Assembly (NCBI GenBank): GCA_964016885.1
Contig: OZ024745.1
Location: 57,350,001-57,414,000, forward strand
Source: Eledone cirrhosa
Lineage: Eukaryota
Length of the DNA: 64,000 bases
Direction of reading: 5' to 3'
The position numbers and the translations under genes are program-made. The notes below the pieces were generated by a model. That model was not told the origin of the DNA. It made no database searches and saw only the letters and a list, made by a program, of their open reading frames with translations. Below are positions 11,628-25,013 of the stretch, piece after piece (position 1 is the first letter of the stretch; the number at the start of each line of letters is the position of its first letter).

Positions 11628-11688
11628 ACACACGCGCACACACACACTCACACACACACACACAAACACTCACACACACAGTCACACA

Positions 11689-11733
<45 letters not shown>
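11537..11733. repeat. (CA)n microsatellite
   Basis: Direct reading. Confidence 0.95.
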
Positions 11734-13534
11734 TGAAAATAATTAATGATTATATTGAGTATACATAGTCACGGCCGTTTCCCAGATTGGTTGTTCATGA
11801 TCTATATTAATGTTATCGACCTCACCCCAGCACACCTTTGATTTTGCATGTTTAAAATGTCTAAAAGATGTGTCAGACGGGAGTCGGATCTATAGCATTA
11901 ATATAGATTATGAGCCACCCATCTGTGAAACAGTCGTAACTCTGTATAATCAATAACGACCTTACTGTGAAAACTTGACTTATTTTTAATATATCACTCC
12001 ACCTTAGCATAGAGTGCTTATTTTGGTACTCGCCCCAGTCATCCACGAATCTATACTTTGTAAGCAAATGGCCTTATTATGGTATGTTTTGTAGTTGCTG
12101 ACCATGGGCATCTGTTTGTTGAACATTGCAAACTAATCGATTATTATTATCATTATTCGATATAACCCATAATTACGTTTATGTAATCCGCTATGCTAGA
12201 GCAAAAAATCAAATTCATATTTTGTTTTAAATTTTCGGCAAGGCCAGCCATGAAATCGCTCGGTATGCAAATGAGGCTAATCTGCCGATGTGTACTTTAG
12301 AAAATGCTATATATTTTCAACAGTTCAATCGAGTAGCAGAGGTATACATATGAAGGGAAATTACCCAGAAACATATTGGCTGTTCTTTGATGCCACTGTT
12401 GAACGAACGAATGACGATGGTCATCAAAAACAAAGGCAACACACACACACCACATACACACACACACGCACGCACACACACACACATACACATATATATA
12501 TATATATGCACAACTATATTTAAAATATGTTTTATAAATATAACCAATATTTACAGATAAAGTATATTATTTTAGATTGCTGCGTGGTTCGATTCCCAGT
12601 TATAGCAATTTCATTAAACTAAATGTTTTAATATCTCCATATGAAATTTATGAACGTGAGATTATCGCAATTCCCCTGCTCTCACTAATAAATTTGAAGT
12701 AGATCAATAATTCTTTGCTTTTACTCATTTTAATTATTTATAAAAATCAGAAAATAAGAAATAATTAAGTGTTCCTTTCATAGCTTGCTATAGTAAATGT
12801 CATTAGATTGATTTTCCGATAGAGAAAAGAAGAGCGTGATAATTCTCTGTCTATAGAATAATATTTCAAATGTTAACGTGGAATTTTACTACACTCTTCC
12901 GTTTTATATTCTTAGTAGCTTCGAAGAAAGTCAATATTTACCAGCATAGTGATATAACCATAATCTCCACCTCGATTAAAAGTATCTTGAAAACTACCTC
13001 GAAGAAAAATATCAGTTTGTAAAGTAAACGACCTTTTTCATACAGAATTGTGTGTTTGAGTAACTGAACAGCTTTGGCTTTGACGTAATGAAAATATCTT
13101 TTCTTATCTTTCCATTGGCCTGAAGTAAGAAATAAACAAATTATTTTTAAGATAATATTTTGTGGTTAATTCTCAGCTCAAATCTAAGATGCAATAGTGT
13201 ATATAAACTTTCAGCAATATATAATTATATATGTTTAACAAAAATATGTTATTCAGTTTAGAGTTGTATACATTTAGTTTACATTTAATTTGTAATTAAT
13301 GAATTCCTGCATTGTGAGCACGGCCATTTCTCAAATTAAACCAATCCTTGATTTCTCTTCTACTTAATATCTCTATTATCAGGTTAAATCTAAAAGCATT
13401 TTGATTCTTGATTTTGCTCCCATATCTGGAATTTATTTCTAAATTCCACAACAGATTCTGGTAGAATGATTAGATTATGGGCGAATAGTAGCTGCTACAG
13501 CACCATAACCACACGCACACACAATGTGCATCTC

Positions 13535-13622
13535 TATGTATATATACACATACACACACATAGACACACACACACAAACACAAACACACACACACGCGCA
13601 CGCACACACACACACACACACA

Positions 13623-13689
<67 letters not shown>
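13535..13689. repeat. (CA)n(TA)n microsatellite
   Basis: Direct reading. Confidence 0.95.
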
Positions 13690-13690
<1 letters not shown>

Positions 13691-15189
13691 ATATGATATT
13701 ATGATATTTGAAAATGTTCTTTTGGTGGACCTATTGCAATATACTCATTCAGGTGTTGGGATTAAATTTGGTGTGAAATTTAGCTTATTGCACATATCGT
13801 CAATCCAATCGTTCCTAGTTGTTTATATTTCGTGTTATATTTTTCCACCTCTTTGTTTGCAATGTTGAATTGCATCAAATTGAGTTCATATGTTTATGGT
13901 GAAAAATAAAAATATGCATAAATTAATCATACGTTTAAACCATTTTATATGAATGAAATATTAAATTAACTCTACTGAGATTTGAAGTGCTTTCTCAGAG
14001 GCCTGAAAGTAAATACTATAGAACTGTTAATTGGTGGTGCTCCAGTAAAATAGTTTGTTGTAATATTAAATGTTCAATTATTCAATAGAAATGATTTATT
14101 TGCAAAAATTAACTGTTCACTTAATCTTCATGTCCATTCACCGTGCTTTGAATTCAGAGATACTAACACCATGCACATGTCAATGTTATACTACTTTATC
14201 GCTGGCATATTTTTTACTAGTGGAAATCTGTTTATATGATACAACATTATGTATCTGAATAGGAGACCTGTCAACGCTCTTAATGTATGTGTTTTCCTGA
14301 TTATAATGCATATAATCTTCTGAAAAAGAAATTCCTTTTAATTCAGCGACATAAAAATTGGAATGGAAACTCATCTATTAATTTGATCTAAGTCAAGCTT
14401 TAAAAGCGCAGGGTGACATAATTCATACTAATCTAATAAATCTCACATTTTCGACGAATAACAAACTTCTTTTGGGACTAACATCGATTAGTTAAGGCGG
14501 ATGAATGAAGAAATATGTAACATTAACGAATATGAACAGATTACTATTGGTGTAAATATATTTTATAGTTTATAGCTGTGCGTCATCTTATATAGATGAA
14601 AATGTTACATTTCCCTTCAGATTTTAGCAAAATAAAAAAGTAATAATATTAATTAATGTATTTTGTTTTACGGAAAAATATTATTGTCAGTAAATATTCT
14701 TTATTATATTCACCATTCAACACAGCATTAATGTACACCTGCGTGGAAAAGTCAATTTGAGAATGTGATTAATACTTAATATAAACGCAATGTGGCGTTC
14801 AAGTTATAATTTACCGATAAAAGGTTTTTATTGGAATATATATTTCCAGATAAACAGGTGTAAAATGATCTTTAAATCAAGTAATTTTAAATGTATTTAT
14901 TATTGCCTTTTCTGATTTCTGTTTACTGCTATACATTTGCTATATATTCCTTGATTATGCACTTGCATTGAAATGTTTTCCATGAAGGACTCTGTCTCAT
15001 AAGTTAGATGTGCTTTCTTCATAAATTGATATACATACATTTACACTGAGTTAATTATATTTCTGTAGTGAGTGAAAAGTGAGCAAATATTGTGTACATG
15101 CTAATGGCGCAACCGTTATATAATACAATTTCAAAATGTTAATTTCAGGATGTATATTTAATAATTTTCATTATCCTGTTCACTTATCA

Positions 15190-15485
15190 AGACATGAGCT
15201 ATAAGATCACCCGGTCAGCTCTCAGAGTGTTTCTCGGGAAAGACCGAAGTTCATCAGGGGTATTTGCTGCTACATTTCCTTTTACTCCTGGTTATTCACT
15301 GGATAATGAAAACCACTACAACAGACTGGAACAATGGTATACAGTGGACAACCTGGAAAAAACTGGATGACATCAATTTTGCTGATGATCTCGCTCTCTT
15401 CTCAAATAGTTAGACCTTGATATAGGACAATACTGCACGCTTGGAGAAAACCGAGCTGATGAATATCAACACTACTGACAACACA
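15190..15485 (+). pseudogene. RTE-clade reverse transcriptase fragment
   Basis: VHQGYLL..FL, then WIMKTTTTDWNNGIQWTTWKKLDDINFADDLALFSN. The FADD catalytic motif sits in the GIQWT..L.DLDFADDLALLS context typical of RTE elements. Confidence 0.8.
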
Positions 15486-15859
15486 CCGCCATCTACCACC
15501 CCCTGACTGTCATACGTTGCCCGCGTTTGCGCCTCACCAAATTGGAACTGCCCCACTTCAAATTATTGTGAAAGGAACAGGTTCCTTTGTTGGGGCAGTC
15601 CATCTGCTACAGGCAACCCCTACACGGATGGCCGGGCATGCCGTGGCTAATGATGCGCAAATAGGAGCTGAGGTTGCGGCAACTCCAGATATTCTACCTA
15701 AACGGCGAACAGGCGTGGTTGCCATTTGTGAGACGGGCCTTTGCATATCTCATCGTTTTTACTGAGCTGCAGTCCTGAGTCAAGTGACCAAGACTGGGCG
15801 CCTGGCATCAGGAATGTTGCAAGGCTCTTACTACCCAGTACCAGGTGGATAACGCTGTC

Positions 15860-18452
15860 AGTGACCTCAAGAGACAACAAGGTCCGCCATGTTCAAGAAA
15901 GAACACACATACACACACATGCATCTTTAGATGTTTAAACTTGTGATGTACTTATATTGACAGAATCTTCCTTAGTATATGGGCAGTTCCCATTAGTACT
16001 ATCTTTTGTATTTCTCCTATACGCAGGTTTCCTGGGATTTGCGATAAGTAATCATTAGACCCCTTAGGTATCATTCCTAGAGCGCCTGTTTTAGTTCTCA
16101 ATTTCCACATTTTTCCAATTTCTATCTCCAGGTCCTTATACTTGCTCAATTTTTCAAATGTTTTTATAGATACATTCTTGTCTATTGGAAGGGACACATC
16201 AATTAGCAGGCATACCCTCTTTTTAAAGTCCTTCAGTATTATATCCGGTCTATTTGCATCTATTTTTCGGTCTGTTTGGATGCTAAAGTTCCACAAGATT
16301 GAGATGTGATCTTTTTCAAGTATGGGAGGTGGTTGATGCTCTCACCAATTCTTTTGATGGGGCAGGTCAAAATGCTTACACATTATCCAATGTATGTTTT
16401 GTGCAGCTCTGTCATGCCTGTTTAGGTATTCGGTTGGAGCTATAGGACTGCACATTGAAATTATATGATCAATGGTCTCTGGTTGTTTTTTACATACACG
16501 GCATAATGGGCTGCATCCATTTTTTATTATGTTGGCTTGGTAATTTTTTGTTGGCAGACACTGATCTTGTGCTGATATAATCAGTCCTTCAGTCTCCGAT
16601 TTCAGTCAAGAGGATGCCAACCACTGATGGGTTAAAGTTTTGTCAACATCAGGATTGTTAGCTCTTTCTGGGTATTTTCCATACAAAGGCTTTTCTTGCC
16701 ATTTCTCAGCCAGTTTCGGTAGCAGTTCTTTCTTTGCAGTTACTTTTACCTGCTTTGCTTTTTCTGTGTTTTCCATTTCAGCAGTAAATGGGACTTCTGA
16801 AATTTGTAGTCCATTACTGTATCTTTGTGCATATTTTGTAATGGAGTATGATCTTTTGATGCTTTCGTGTTTCAAAACGAGTTTGATCATCCAATCGTGT
16901 GATTCCCTTAGATATGTAGATAATCCAATTGTTGCAGTTTTCAACGCAATATCTAACTGGATTAACCCACGTGCTCCTTCTTTTCTAGGGAGATATATTC
17001 TATCTGTATCTGCCTTAGGGTGATGCATTCTGTGCATGGTTAAGAATTTTCTAATTTTTGTATCGAGCCTACGGATCTTTGTGCTTGACCAGTTGATGAC
17101 ATTGGTTACTACCGGTATATCAAGCGTGTTTATGGCATCGATCCTATTCCTTGCATTCAATTCCGTTCTTAAGATTGATCTTACTCTGCGGTAACATTCC
17201 TTCCTTATCCTTTCCCTCATTGTCGAGTGCTTGATTCCGTCTCCTTCACAAACACCTAGATATTTGTAAGTTTCCTCTTGAATAGTTCTCTTATCACATT
17301 CATCCGATCAAGATTAATGTCTGAACTTTGCAGCATCTTTCCTCTGGTGAACGTTGCTTTCACGCATTTATCTAGTCCAAACACCATGTTAATGTCATCA
17401 CTGAACTGCTCCACAGTGGATAATTGCCCTTGCAATTGTTCATCATTTTTTGCAAATAGTTTCAGGACATCCATGTAGAACAAGTGATTAATGGTTTTGT
17501 CAAAGACTTTATATCCATGTTTTGTTTCATTGAGCATTTTACTTAATGGTATAAGTGCGATGCAGAATAAAAGCGGTGATAAAGAGTCACCCCGAAAAAT
17601 TCCACAATTAATATTAACTTCTCCAGCTTCCAGTGATTTTGTTTCACTATACAAAAGGAGTGTCGTTTTCCATGTCTTCATACTGAATGACAAGAACCTC
17701 CTGACAACGGGAGATATTTTGAAAATCTCTAAACATTTTTCAATCCAACTGTGTGGCAAACTATCGAATGCGTTTTTATAATCTAGTCAAGCAATTGATA
17801 GATTTTTGTGTCTATTATGACAATCATCCAGTATCATTTTGTTAACCAGAAGCGGATCCTTACAGCCTTTCTGCTCATTGGGAAATAGGTTATTTGTTAT
17901 CAGGTTGTTATATGTATATTCAGTTTCGACTGATGTTAAAATTTTATACATTGTGGTCAAGCAAGTTATCGGTCTGTAATTTTTGGGATTGTTTGTCTCA
18001 TCATTCTTCGGAAGCAGGAATGTAATGCCGTTAACTAGCCATGATGGTATCTTTTCTGGCTCCTTAACTATTTCATTGTAAAGTTGGGCTAACAGCTCAT
18101 AAGACTCTGTGAAGGCATTTATCCAAAAATTTGGTATTTTGTCTTTTCCTGGGGATTTTCATTTGCTGGTTTTTCTAAGAGTCAAACGCAACTGTTCAAC
18201 TGTTATATTTTCCCATATTTGTTCCGTAAGGTGAGTTGTATCTTTCATTTGTCTGTCTATCCATTGGGCATGTATATTATGAACTTTTTCTTCGGCCCAG
18301 ATCTTTTTCCAGAATTCTTGCACTTCCTCCTTGGGCAGTATTGATTTAGCAGTTATTGTTGACTTACCAATTTTTCTGTAGAAGTTTCTTTGGTTGTTTT
18401 TGAACATATTATTGTCGTTATAGAATCAAGATCGTTTTTCAAAGCGCCTTAT
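15860..18452 (-). mobile_element. R4/Dong-type non-LTR retrotransposon, family A copy 1 (5'-truncated, several stops and frameshifts)
   Basis: RT motifs GIF(R)GDSLSPLLF and HLFYMD(V)LKLF. RLE endonuclease IQTDRKIDANRPDIILKD..LIDVSLP..EKLSKY. Highly similar to 31171-34340. Confidence 0.9.
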
Positions 18453-18479
18453 ACTATATTATTATTATTGTTGTTATTA

Positions 18480-19422
18480 CTCTTTGAGTCTCAGTCATTG
18501 ATGTTAGTTAACTGGAAAGTTTGTTGAAATGAATATCAAGCCACTACCTGCAGCCTCAGATATTCAGGACGTATCGGAGGGTTCTTGCTGTTCCCAGCAA
18601 GCATGCCTTTTGAAGCGTTCCAAAAAGCGTGAAGGGGCCAATTTTCTTTAACCATCCCTGGAAACTTTTTGAGATAGTCCCTAGTGCGCCTATGACAATC
18701 GGGATACTTTGACTTCATGGCAGTTCCAAATCCTTTTTACCTCCCACTTTAAGTCCTGGTATCGGTTAATTTTCTCCCTCCTCTTCTCTGGCACTCTCGT
18801 GTCGAATGGGCAGACCACATCCACAATCAGGCACGATCTTTTTTTCTTTGTCCACAACCACCAGGTCAGGTCTATTGTGTTCCAGTTTCTTGTCCGTCTG
18901 TATCCTAAAATCCCACAGCACCTTCACCTGATCGTTTTCTATCACCGACTCTGGCTTATGCTCATATCACTTCTCAGAATGTGGTAAATTGTTTACTTTG
19001 CATGGGTGCCAGTGGATCACTCTGCCCATCACATCATGTCTCCAGTCCTTATAGTGAGTCTGGGCTAGGTGTTTACACTCGGATACAATGTGAGCCACAG
19101 TCTCCTCTCTCTCTCCACAGATCCTGCACAGTGGGCTAGCCTCCTCCTTGTAAATATGGTGGTTCAACCACTTCGTTTTGAGGGCCTGCTCCTGCGCAGC
19201 CATTAACATTCCTTCTGTAGCCTTTTTAAGGTTTCCTCTCTTCAACCAGTTCCATGTCTATGGATCTCTGAATTCAGTTTTCTCAAAGAAGGTACTATGA
19301 AGGGATTTTTCCTGAAGGCTGCTCTTTCTCCTTGTTGTTATTTCCTCCCTGGACATCCCCTGGTCTATTGTCCTCTCCTTCAGTACAGTTCTGAGCATTG
19401 GCTCCTTACTATCAGTCACGAA

Positions 19423-19423
<1 letters not shown>
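18480..19423 (-). mobile_element. R4/Dong family B1 copy, 5'-truncated
   Basis: CRICGEREETVAHIVSEC zinc finger and RLE region. Flanked by (TAA)n. Confidence 0.88.
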
Positions 19424-19465
<42 letters not shown>

Positions 19466-19473
19466 GTTGTTAT

Positions 19474-21697
19474 TCCTTGAATCTCAGTCATTGATGTTGG
19501 TTAACTGGAAAGTCCGTTGGAATGAATATCAAGCCACTACCTGCAGCCTCAGATATTCAGGACGTATCGGAGGGTTCTTGCTGTTCCAAGCCAGCATGCC
19601 TTTTGAAGCGTTCCAAAAAGCGTGAAGGGGCCGATTTTCTTTAACCATCCCTGGAAACTTTTGGAGATAGTCCCCAGTGCGCCTATGACAATCGGGATCA
19701 CTTTGACTTCATGGCAGTTCCAAATCCTTTTCACCTCCCACTTTAGGTCTTGGTATCGGTTAATTTTCTCCCTCTCCTTCTCTTGCACTCTCGTGTCGAA
19801 CGGGCAGGCCACATCCACAATCAGACACGATCTTTTTTCTTTGTCCACAACCACCAGGTCAGGTCTATTGTGTTCCAGTTTTTTGTCCGTCTGTATCCTA
19901 AAATCCCACAGCACCTTCACCTGATTCTTCTCCATCACCGCCTCCGGCCTATGCTCATACCATTTCTCAGAATGTGGTAAATTGTTTACTTTGCACAGGT
20001 GCCAGTGGATCACCCTGTCCATCACATCGTGTCTCCAGCCCTTATAGTGGATCTGGGCTAGGTGTTTACACTCGGACACAATGTGAGCCACAGTCTCCTC
20101 TCTCTCCCCACAGATCCAGCACAGTGGGCTAGCCTCCTCCTTGTAAATACGGTGCTTCAACCACTTTGTTTTGAGGGCCTGCTCCTGCGCAGCCATTATC
20201 ATTCCTTCTGTAGCCTTTTTGAGGTCTCCTCTTCTCAACCAGTTCCATGTCTGTGGATCTCTAAATTCAGTTTTCTCAAAGAAGGTACTATGAAGGGATT
20301 TTCCCTTAAGGCTGCTCTTCCTCCTTGATGTTATTTCCTCCTTGGACATCCCCTGGCCTACTGTCCCCTCCTTCAGTACAGTTTTGAGCATTGGCTCCTT
20401 ACTATAGGTCACGTATTTGTATAGGTATTTTTCTCCATCTGAACACAGTCCTCTATGCTGATAAGACCTCTTCCACCCTTAGATCTCCTTAGGTAGAGTC
20501 TATCGACATCACTCCTCTTGTGGAACATGTTGTAGATAGTCAATAGCTTCCTAGTCTTCCTATCCATTTCTTTTTGTTCAGCAACATTCCATCTCAGAAT
20601 TCCCGCACTGTACCTAATAATAGACACAGCTCGGGAATTTACTGCGCTTATGGCATTTCTGCTGTTCAGATGTGACTTCAATACGCTCCTTACTCTCCGA
20701 ATGTATTCAGTTCTTAACAATTCCTTCATTTTTTTGTTCTTTATGCCATCAGCCTCCAGAACGCCCAAATACTTGTATCCTTCCTCAGAGTCAATTTCCT
20801 TTATCATCTCACCTGTTGGTATCTGGATCCCGCTACTTCTGCTCACCCTACCCCTCCTCATCACAATGACTCCACATTTACCAATACCAAACTGCATACA
20901 TATATCACTGCTGAAAATACGGACAGTGTCAACAAGCACATCCAACTCCTTCTCACTTTTCCCGAAGAGCTTAAGATCGTCCATGAAGAGGAGGTGATTG
21001 ATGGTAAGCTCTCCCCTTCCCAACTTGTATCCTGCTCTCACTTTTCGCAGCATAATGGTCAAGGGCATTAGGGCAAGGACAAACAACAGAGGGGACAGGC
21101 TATCTCCCTGGAAGATACCTCTCTTGATCTTCACGCTTCCCAAGGATACTCCAGTTGATGTCAACTCTGTCTCCCAGGACCCCATACTCCTGCCCAGCAA
21201 CTGTCTGATGTTATCTGCCACCCTGAAGATCTCCAGGCTTTTGGTGATCCAAGAATGAGGCACCATGTCAAATGCCTTTCTGTAGTCTATCCATCCCATG
21301 GCAAGATCAGTGTGTCTCCTCCTGCAATTCCCCATTACCATCTTATCAATAAGCAACTGGTCCTTTGTACCACGTGACTTCTTTCGGCATCCTTTCTGTT
21401 CGTCCGGTAACAAGTTGTTTGTGTGGAGGTGATGGTAGATTTCCTCAGACACAATGCTCGTCAACAGTTTCCACATTACGGACAGACATGTGATAGGTCT
21501 ATAGTTGGTAACATCATTACCCTTGATTCGGTCTTTCATTATCAGAACTGTGGTACCTTTTGTCAACCACTCTGGCACCTCACCCGACACCAAGCAGTCA
21601 TTGAACATGGCTGTCAGCTTCGGGTGGAGGGATGTTAAATGTTTAATCCAGTACCCCTGCACACCATCTGGGCCTGGTGATTTCCAGTTGGTTAGTT
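19474..21697 (-). mobile_element. R4/Dong family B2 copy, 5'-truncated, one frameshift (~20425)
   Basis: ORFs 20409-21662 (NYRPIT, QGDSLSP, LFMDDLKL) and 19549-20412 (CCHC, HNRPDLVVVD..IVDVACP..EKINRY). (TAA)n on both sides. Confidence 0.93.
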
Positions 21698-21734
21698 TTT
21701 TTTATTATTATTATTATTATTATTGTTATTGTTA

Positions 21735-24700
21735 TTCCTTGAATCTCAGTCATTGATGTTGGTTAACTGGAAAGTCCGTTGGATTGAATATCAAGCCACT
21801 ACCTGCAGCCTCAGATATTCAGGACGTATCGGAGGGTTCTTGCCGTTCCAAGCAAGCATGCCTTTTGAAGCGTTCCAAAAAGCGTGAAGGGGCCGATTTT
21901 CTTTAACCATCCCTGGAAACCTTTGGAGATAGTCCCCAGTGCGCCTATGACAATCGGGATCACTTTGACTTCATGGCAGTTCCAAATCCTTTTCACCTCC
22001 CACTTTAGGTCCTGGTATCGGTTAATTTTCTCCCTCTCCTTCTCTTGCACTCTCGTGTCGAACGGGCAGGCCACATCCACAATCAGGCACGATCTTTTTT
22101 CTTTGTCCACAACCACCAGGTCAGGTCTATTGTGTTCCAGTTTTTTGTCCGTCTGTATCCTAAAATCCCACAGCACCTTCACCTGACTGTTCTCCATCAC
22201 CGCCTCTGGCCTATGCTCATACCATTTCTCAGAATGTGGTAGATTGTTTACTTTGCACAGGTGCCAGTGGATCACCCTGCCCATCACATCGTGTCTCCAG
22301 CCCTTATAGTGGGTCTGGTCTAGGTGTTTACACTCGGACACAATGTGAGCCACAGTCTCCTCTCTCTCTCTCCACAGATCCTGCACAGTGGGCTAGCCTC
22401 CTCCTTGTAGATATGGTGCTTCAACCACTTCGTTTTGAGGGCCTGCTCCTGCGCAGCCATTAGCATTCCTTCTGTAGCCTTTTTGAGGTCTCCTCTTCTC
22501 AACCAGTTCCATGTCTGTGGATCTCTAAATTCAGTTTTCTCAAAGAAGGTACTATGAAGGGATTTTCCCTTAAGGCTGCTCTTCCTCCTTGATGTTATTT
22601 CCTCCTTGGATATCCCCTGGCCTACTGTCCCCTCCTTCAGTACAGCTCTGAGCATTGGCTCCTTACTATAGGTCACGTATTTGTATAGGTTGTTTTTCTC
22701 CATCTGAACACAGTCCTCTATGCTGATAAGACCTCTTCCACCCTCAGATCTCCTTAGGTAGAGTCTATCGACATCACTCCTCTTGTGGAACATGTTGTAG
22801 ATAGTCAATAGCTTCCTAGTCTTCCTATCCATTTCTTTTTGTTCAGCAACATTCCATCTCAGAATTCCCGCACTGTACCTAATAATAGACACAGCTCGGG
22901 AATTTACTGCGCTTATGGCATTTCTGCTGTTCAGATGTGACTTCAATACGCTCCTTACTCTCCGAATGTATTCAGTTCTTAACAATTCCTTCATTTTTTT
23001 GTTCTTTATGCCATCAGCCTCCAGAACGCCCAAATACTTGTATCCTTCCTCAGAGTCAATTTCCTTTATCATCTCACCTGTTGGTATCTGGATCCCGTTA
23101 CTTCTGCTCAACCTACCCCTCCTCATCACAATGAGTCCACATTTACCAATACCAAACTGCATACATATATCACTGCTGAAAATACGGACAGTGTCAACAA
23201 GCACATCCAACTCCTTCTCACTTTTCCCGAAGAGCTTAAGATCGTCCATGAAGAGGAGGTGATTGATGGTAAGCTCTCCCCTTCCCAACTTGTATCCTGC
23301 TCTCACTTTTCGCAGCATAATGGTCAAGGGCATCAGGGCAAGGACAAACAACAGAGGGGACAGGCTATCTCCCTGGAAGATACCTCTCTTGATCTTCACG
23401 CTTCCCAAGGATACTCCAGTTGATGTCAACTCTGTCTCCCAGGACCCCATACTCCTGCCCAGCAACTGTCTGATGTTATCTGCCACCCTGAAGATCTCCA
23501 GGCTTTTGGTGATCCAGGAATGAGGCACCATGTCAAATGCCTTTCTGTAGTCTATCCATCCCATGGCAAGATCAGTGTGTCTCCTCCTGCAATTCCCCAT
23601 TACCATCTTATCAATAAGCAACTGGTCCTTTGTACCACGTGACTTCTTTCGGCATCCTTTCTGTTCGTCCGGTAACAAGTTGTTTGTGTGGAGGTGATGG
23701 TAGATTTCCTCAGACACAATGCTCGTCAACAGTTTCCACATTACGGGCAGACATGTGATAGGTCTATAGTTGGTAACATCATTACCCTTGCTTCGGTCTT
23801 TCATTATCAGAACTGTGGTACCTTTTGTCAACCACTCTGGCACCTCACCCGACACCAAGCAGTCATTGAACATGGCCGTCAGCTTCGGGTGGAGGGATGT
23901 TAAATGTTTAATCCAATACCCCTGCACACCATCTGGGCCTGGTGATTTCCAGTTGGTTAGTTTTTTGGCTTGCCCCTTAAGAGTTTCAACTGTGATACTC
24001 AAATCAGTCTGTTGTTGTGCCTGCTCACCGATCTCCCTCTGTACTGTCTCAATCCACCCTGCCTGGGCATTGTGTCTAACATCCTGCTCCCATATTCCTC
24101 TCCAGAATGTTTTAGCTTGTTCCGCCCCAGGGATCAAGTCGTTGCCTCTTTCTTTCCCCTCAAGCTGTCCAAACAGCATCTTCTGGTTGTTGTCGAACAT
24201 GCGGTTCTGTTTATACTGACTGACTCTGTTCTCGTATCGCCTGATTTTGGCACTCTTTGCTACAATGCGTTGCTTCAATTCCTCTATGATAATATTTAGC
24301 TTTTTACTCCTAGTTTTGTATTTTATTTCCAGTCTATTTTTAGTGCCTATGTTTTTTAGTGTCCCATTCAGTAGTGACTCAAGCTTTCCTATGTCATTTC
24401 TCATTTCCCCGATTTGCCCACTCAGTCGCTTCTTCCACCACGGCTCTGCTCTTTCTTGTCTGTTGTTTCCTCTCGCTTTTATACCAAGTAGTTTCCTCAC
24501 CGTATTTGCTGTTGCTTTGAGGATATTGTTGCACTGGTGAAGACTCCTCGCCTCAAGGTATGGGATGACTTTGTTTACCTTAGCTGTTGTTTCTTTTAAC
24601 TTTTTCCTGTCTACAAATCTTAGGTTCATAGGTCTCCCACTATCATTGTTCAACTCATCTACCACTAAATTTAGGATGTCAACCGAATCTTGTCCTAGCC

Positions 24701-24740
24701 CGTCAGCATTCATCTCCTCAGTGGCCGTATCTCTGTTCCA
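21735..24740 (-). mobile_element. R4/Dong family B2 copy, longest, one slippage frameshift (~22365)
   Basis: 797-aa ORF 22320-24713 with complete RT, plus ORF 21811-22386 with RLE. Nearly identical to 19474-21697. (TAA)n on both sides. Confidence 0.95.
22320..24713 (-). CDS. Reverse transcriptase ORF of R4/Dong element (N-terminally truncated; RLE domain in shifted frame)
   Basis: KSPGPDG, NYRPITCL, EQKGC, WIDYRKAFDMVPH, GIFQGDSLSPLLF, HLLFMDDLKLF, YKYLG, GGRGL. Confidence 0.88.
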   Translation of the reverse strand: MNADGLGQDSVDILNLVVDELNNDSGRPMNLRFVDRKKLKETTAKVNKVIPYLEARSLHQCNNILKATANTVRKLLGIKARGNNRQERAEPWWKKRLSGQIGEMRNDIGKLESLLNGTLKNIGTKNRLEIKYKTRSKKLNIIIEELKQRIVAKSAKIRRYENRVSQYKQNRMFDNNQKMLFGQLEGKERGNDLIPGAEQAKTFWRGIWEQDVRHNAQAGWIETVQREIGEQAQQQTDLSITVETLKGQAKKLTNWKSPGPDGVQGYWIKHLTSLHPKLTAMFNDCLVSGEVPEWLTKGTTVLIMKDRSKGNDVTNYRPITCLPVMWKLLTSIVSEEIYHHLHTNNLLPDEQKGCRKKSRGTKDQLLIDKMVMGNCRRRHTDLAMGWIDYRKAFDMVPHSWITKSLEIFRVADNIRQLLGRSMGSWETELTSTGVSLGSVKIKRGIFQGDSLSPLLFVLALMPLTIMLRKVRAGYKLGRGELTINHLLFMDDLKLFGKSEKELDVLVDTVRIFSSDICMQFGIGKCGLIVMRRGRLSRSNGIQIPTGEMIKEIDSEEGYKYLGVLEADGIKNKKMKELLRTEYIRRVRSVLKSHLNSRNAISAVNSRAVSIIRYSAGILRWNVAEQKEMDRKTRKLLTIYNMFHKRSDVDRLYLRRSEGGRGLISIEDCVQMEKNNLYKYVTYSKEPMLRAVLKEGTVGQGISKEEITSRRKSSLKGKSLHSTFFEKTEFRDPQTWNWLRRGDLKKATEGMLMAAQEQALKTKWLKHHIYKEEASPLCRICGERERRLWLTLCPSVNT

Positions 24741-24803
<63 letters not shown>
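24741..24803. repeat. (ATT)n tract between Dong B2 and Tx1
   Basis: ~21 perfect units. Confidence 0.97.
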
Positions 24804-25013
24804 GGCGACCTACGTACTAAATCGTATCATCGTGAGTTCCGCAAAGGTTTGTTATTTCCGTTTGTTAAAAATTGCCATTTATGGAAAATGTTTATTGTTA
24901 ACTATATATAAGCGCACATACATTGTTTTCCGAAAAGGACACCCAAAAAGATTGGGGCCTCGTGCCCAAAATTTAAACTTTTATGATTATCAAAAAATTT
25001 CTTTGAAAAAAAA

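Noticed and set aside
15490-15860. GC-richer segment with short overlapping ORFs
   Set aside because: Probably a TE fragment, but I could not recognise any motif to support a call.
19622-24540. Plus-strand ORFs overlapping the Dong copies
   Set aside because: Antisense shadows of the RT/RLE frame with no independent motifs.
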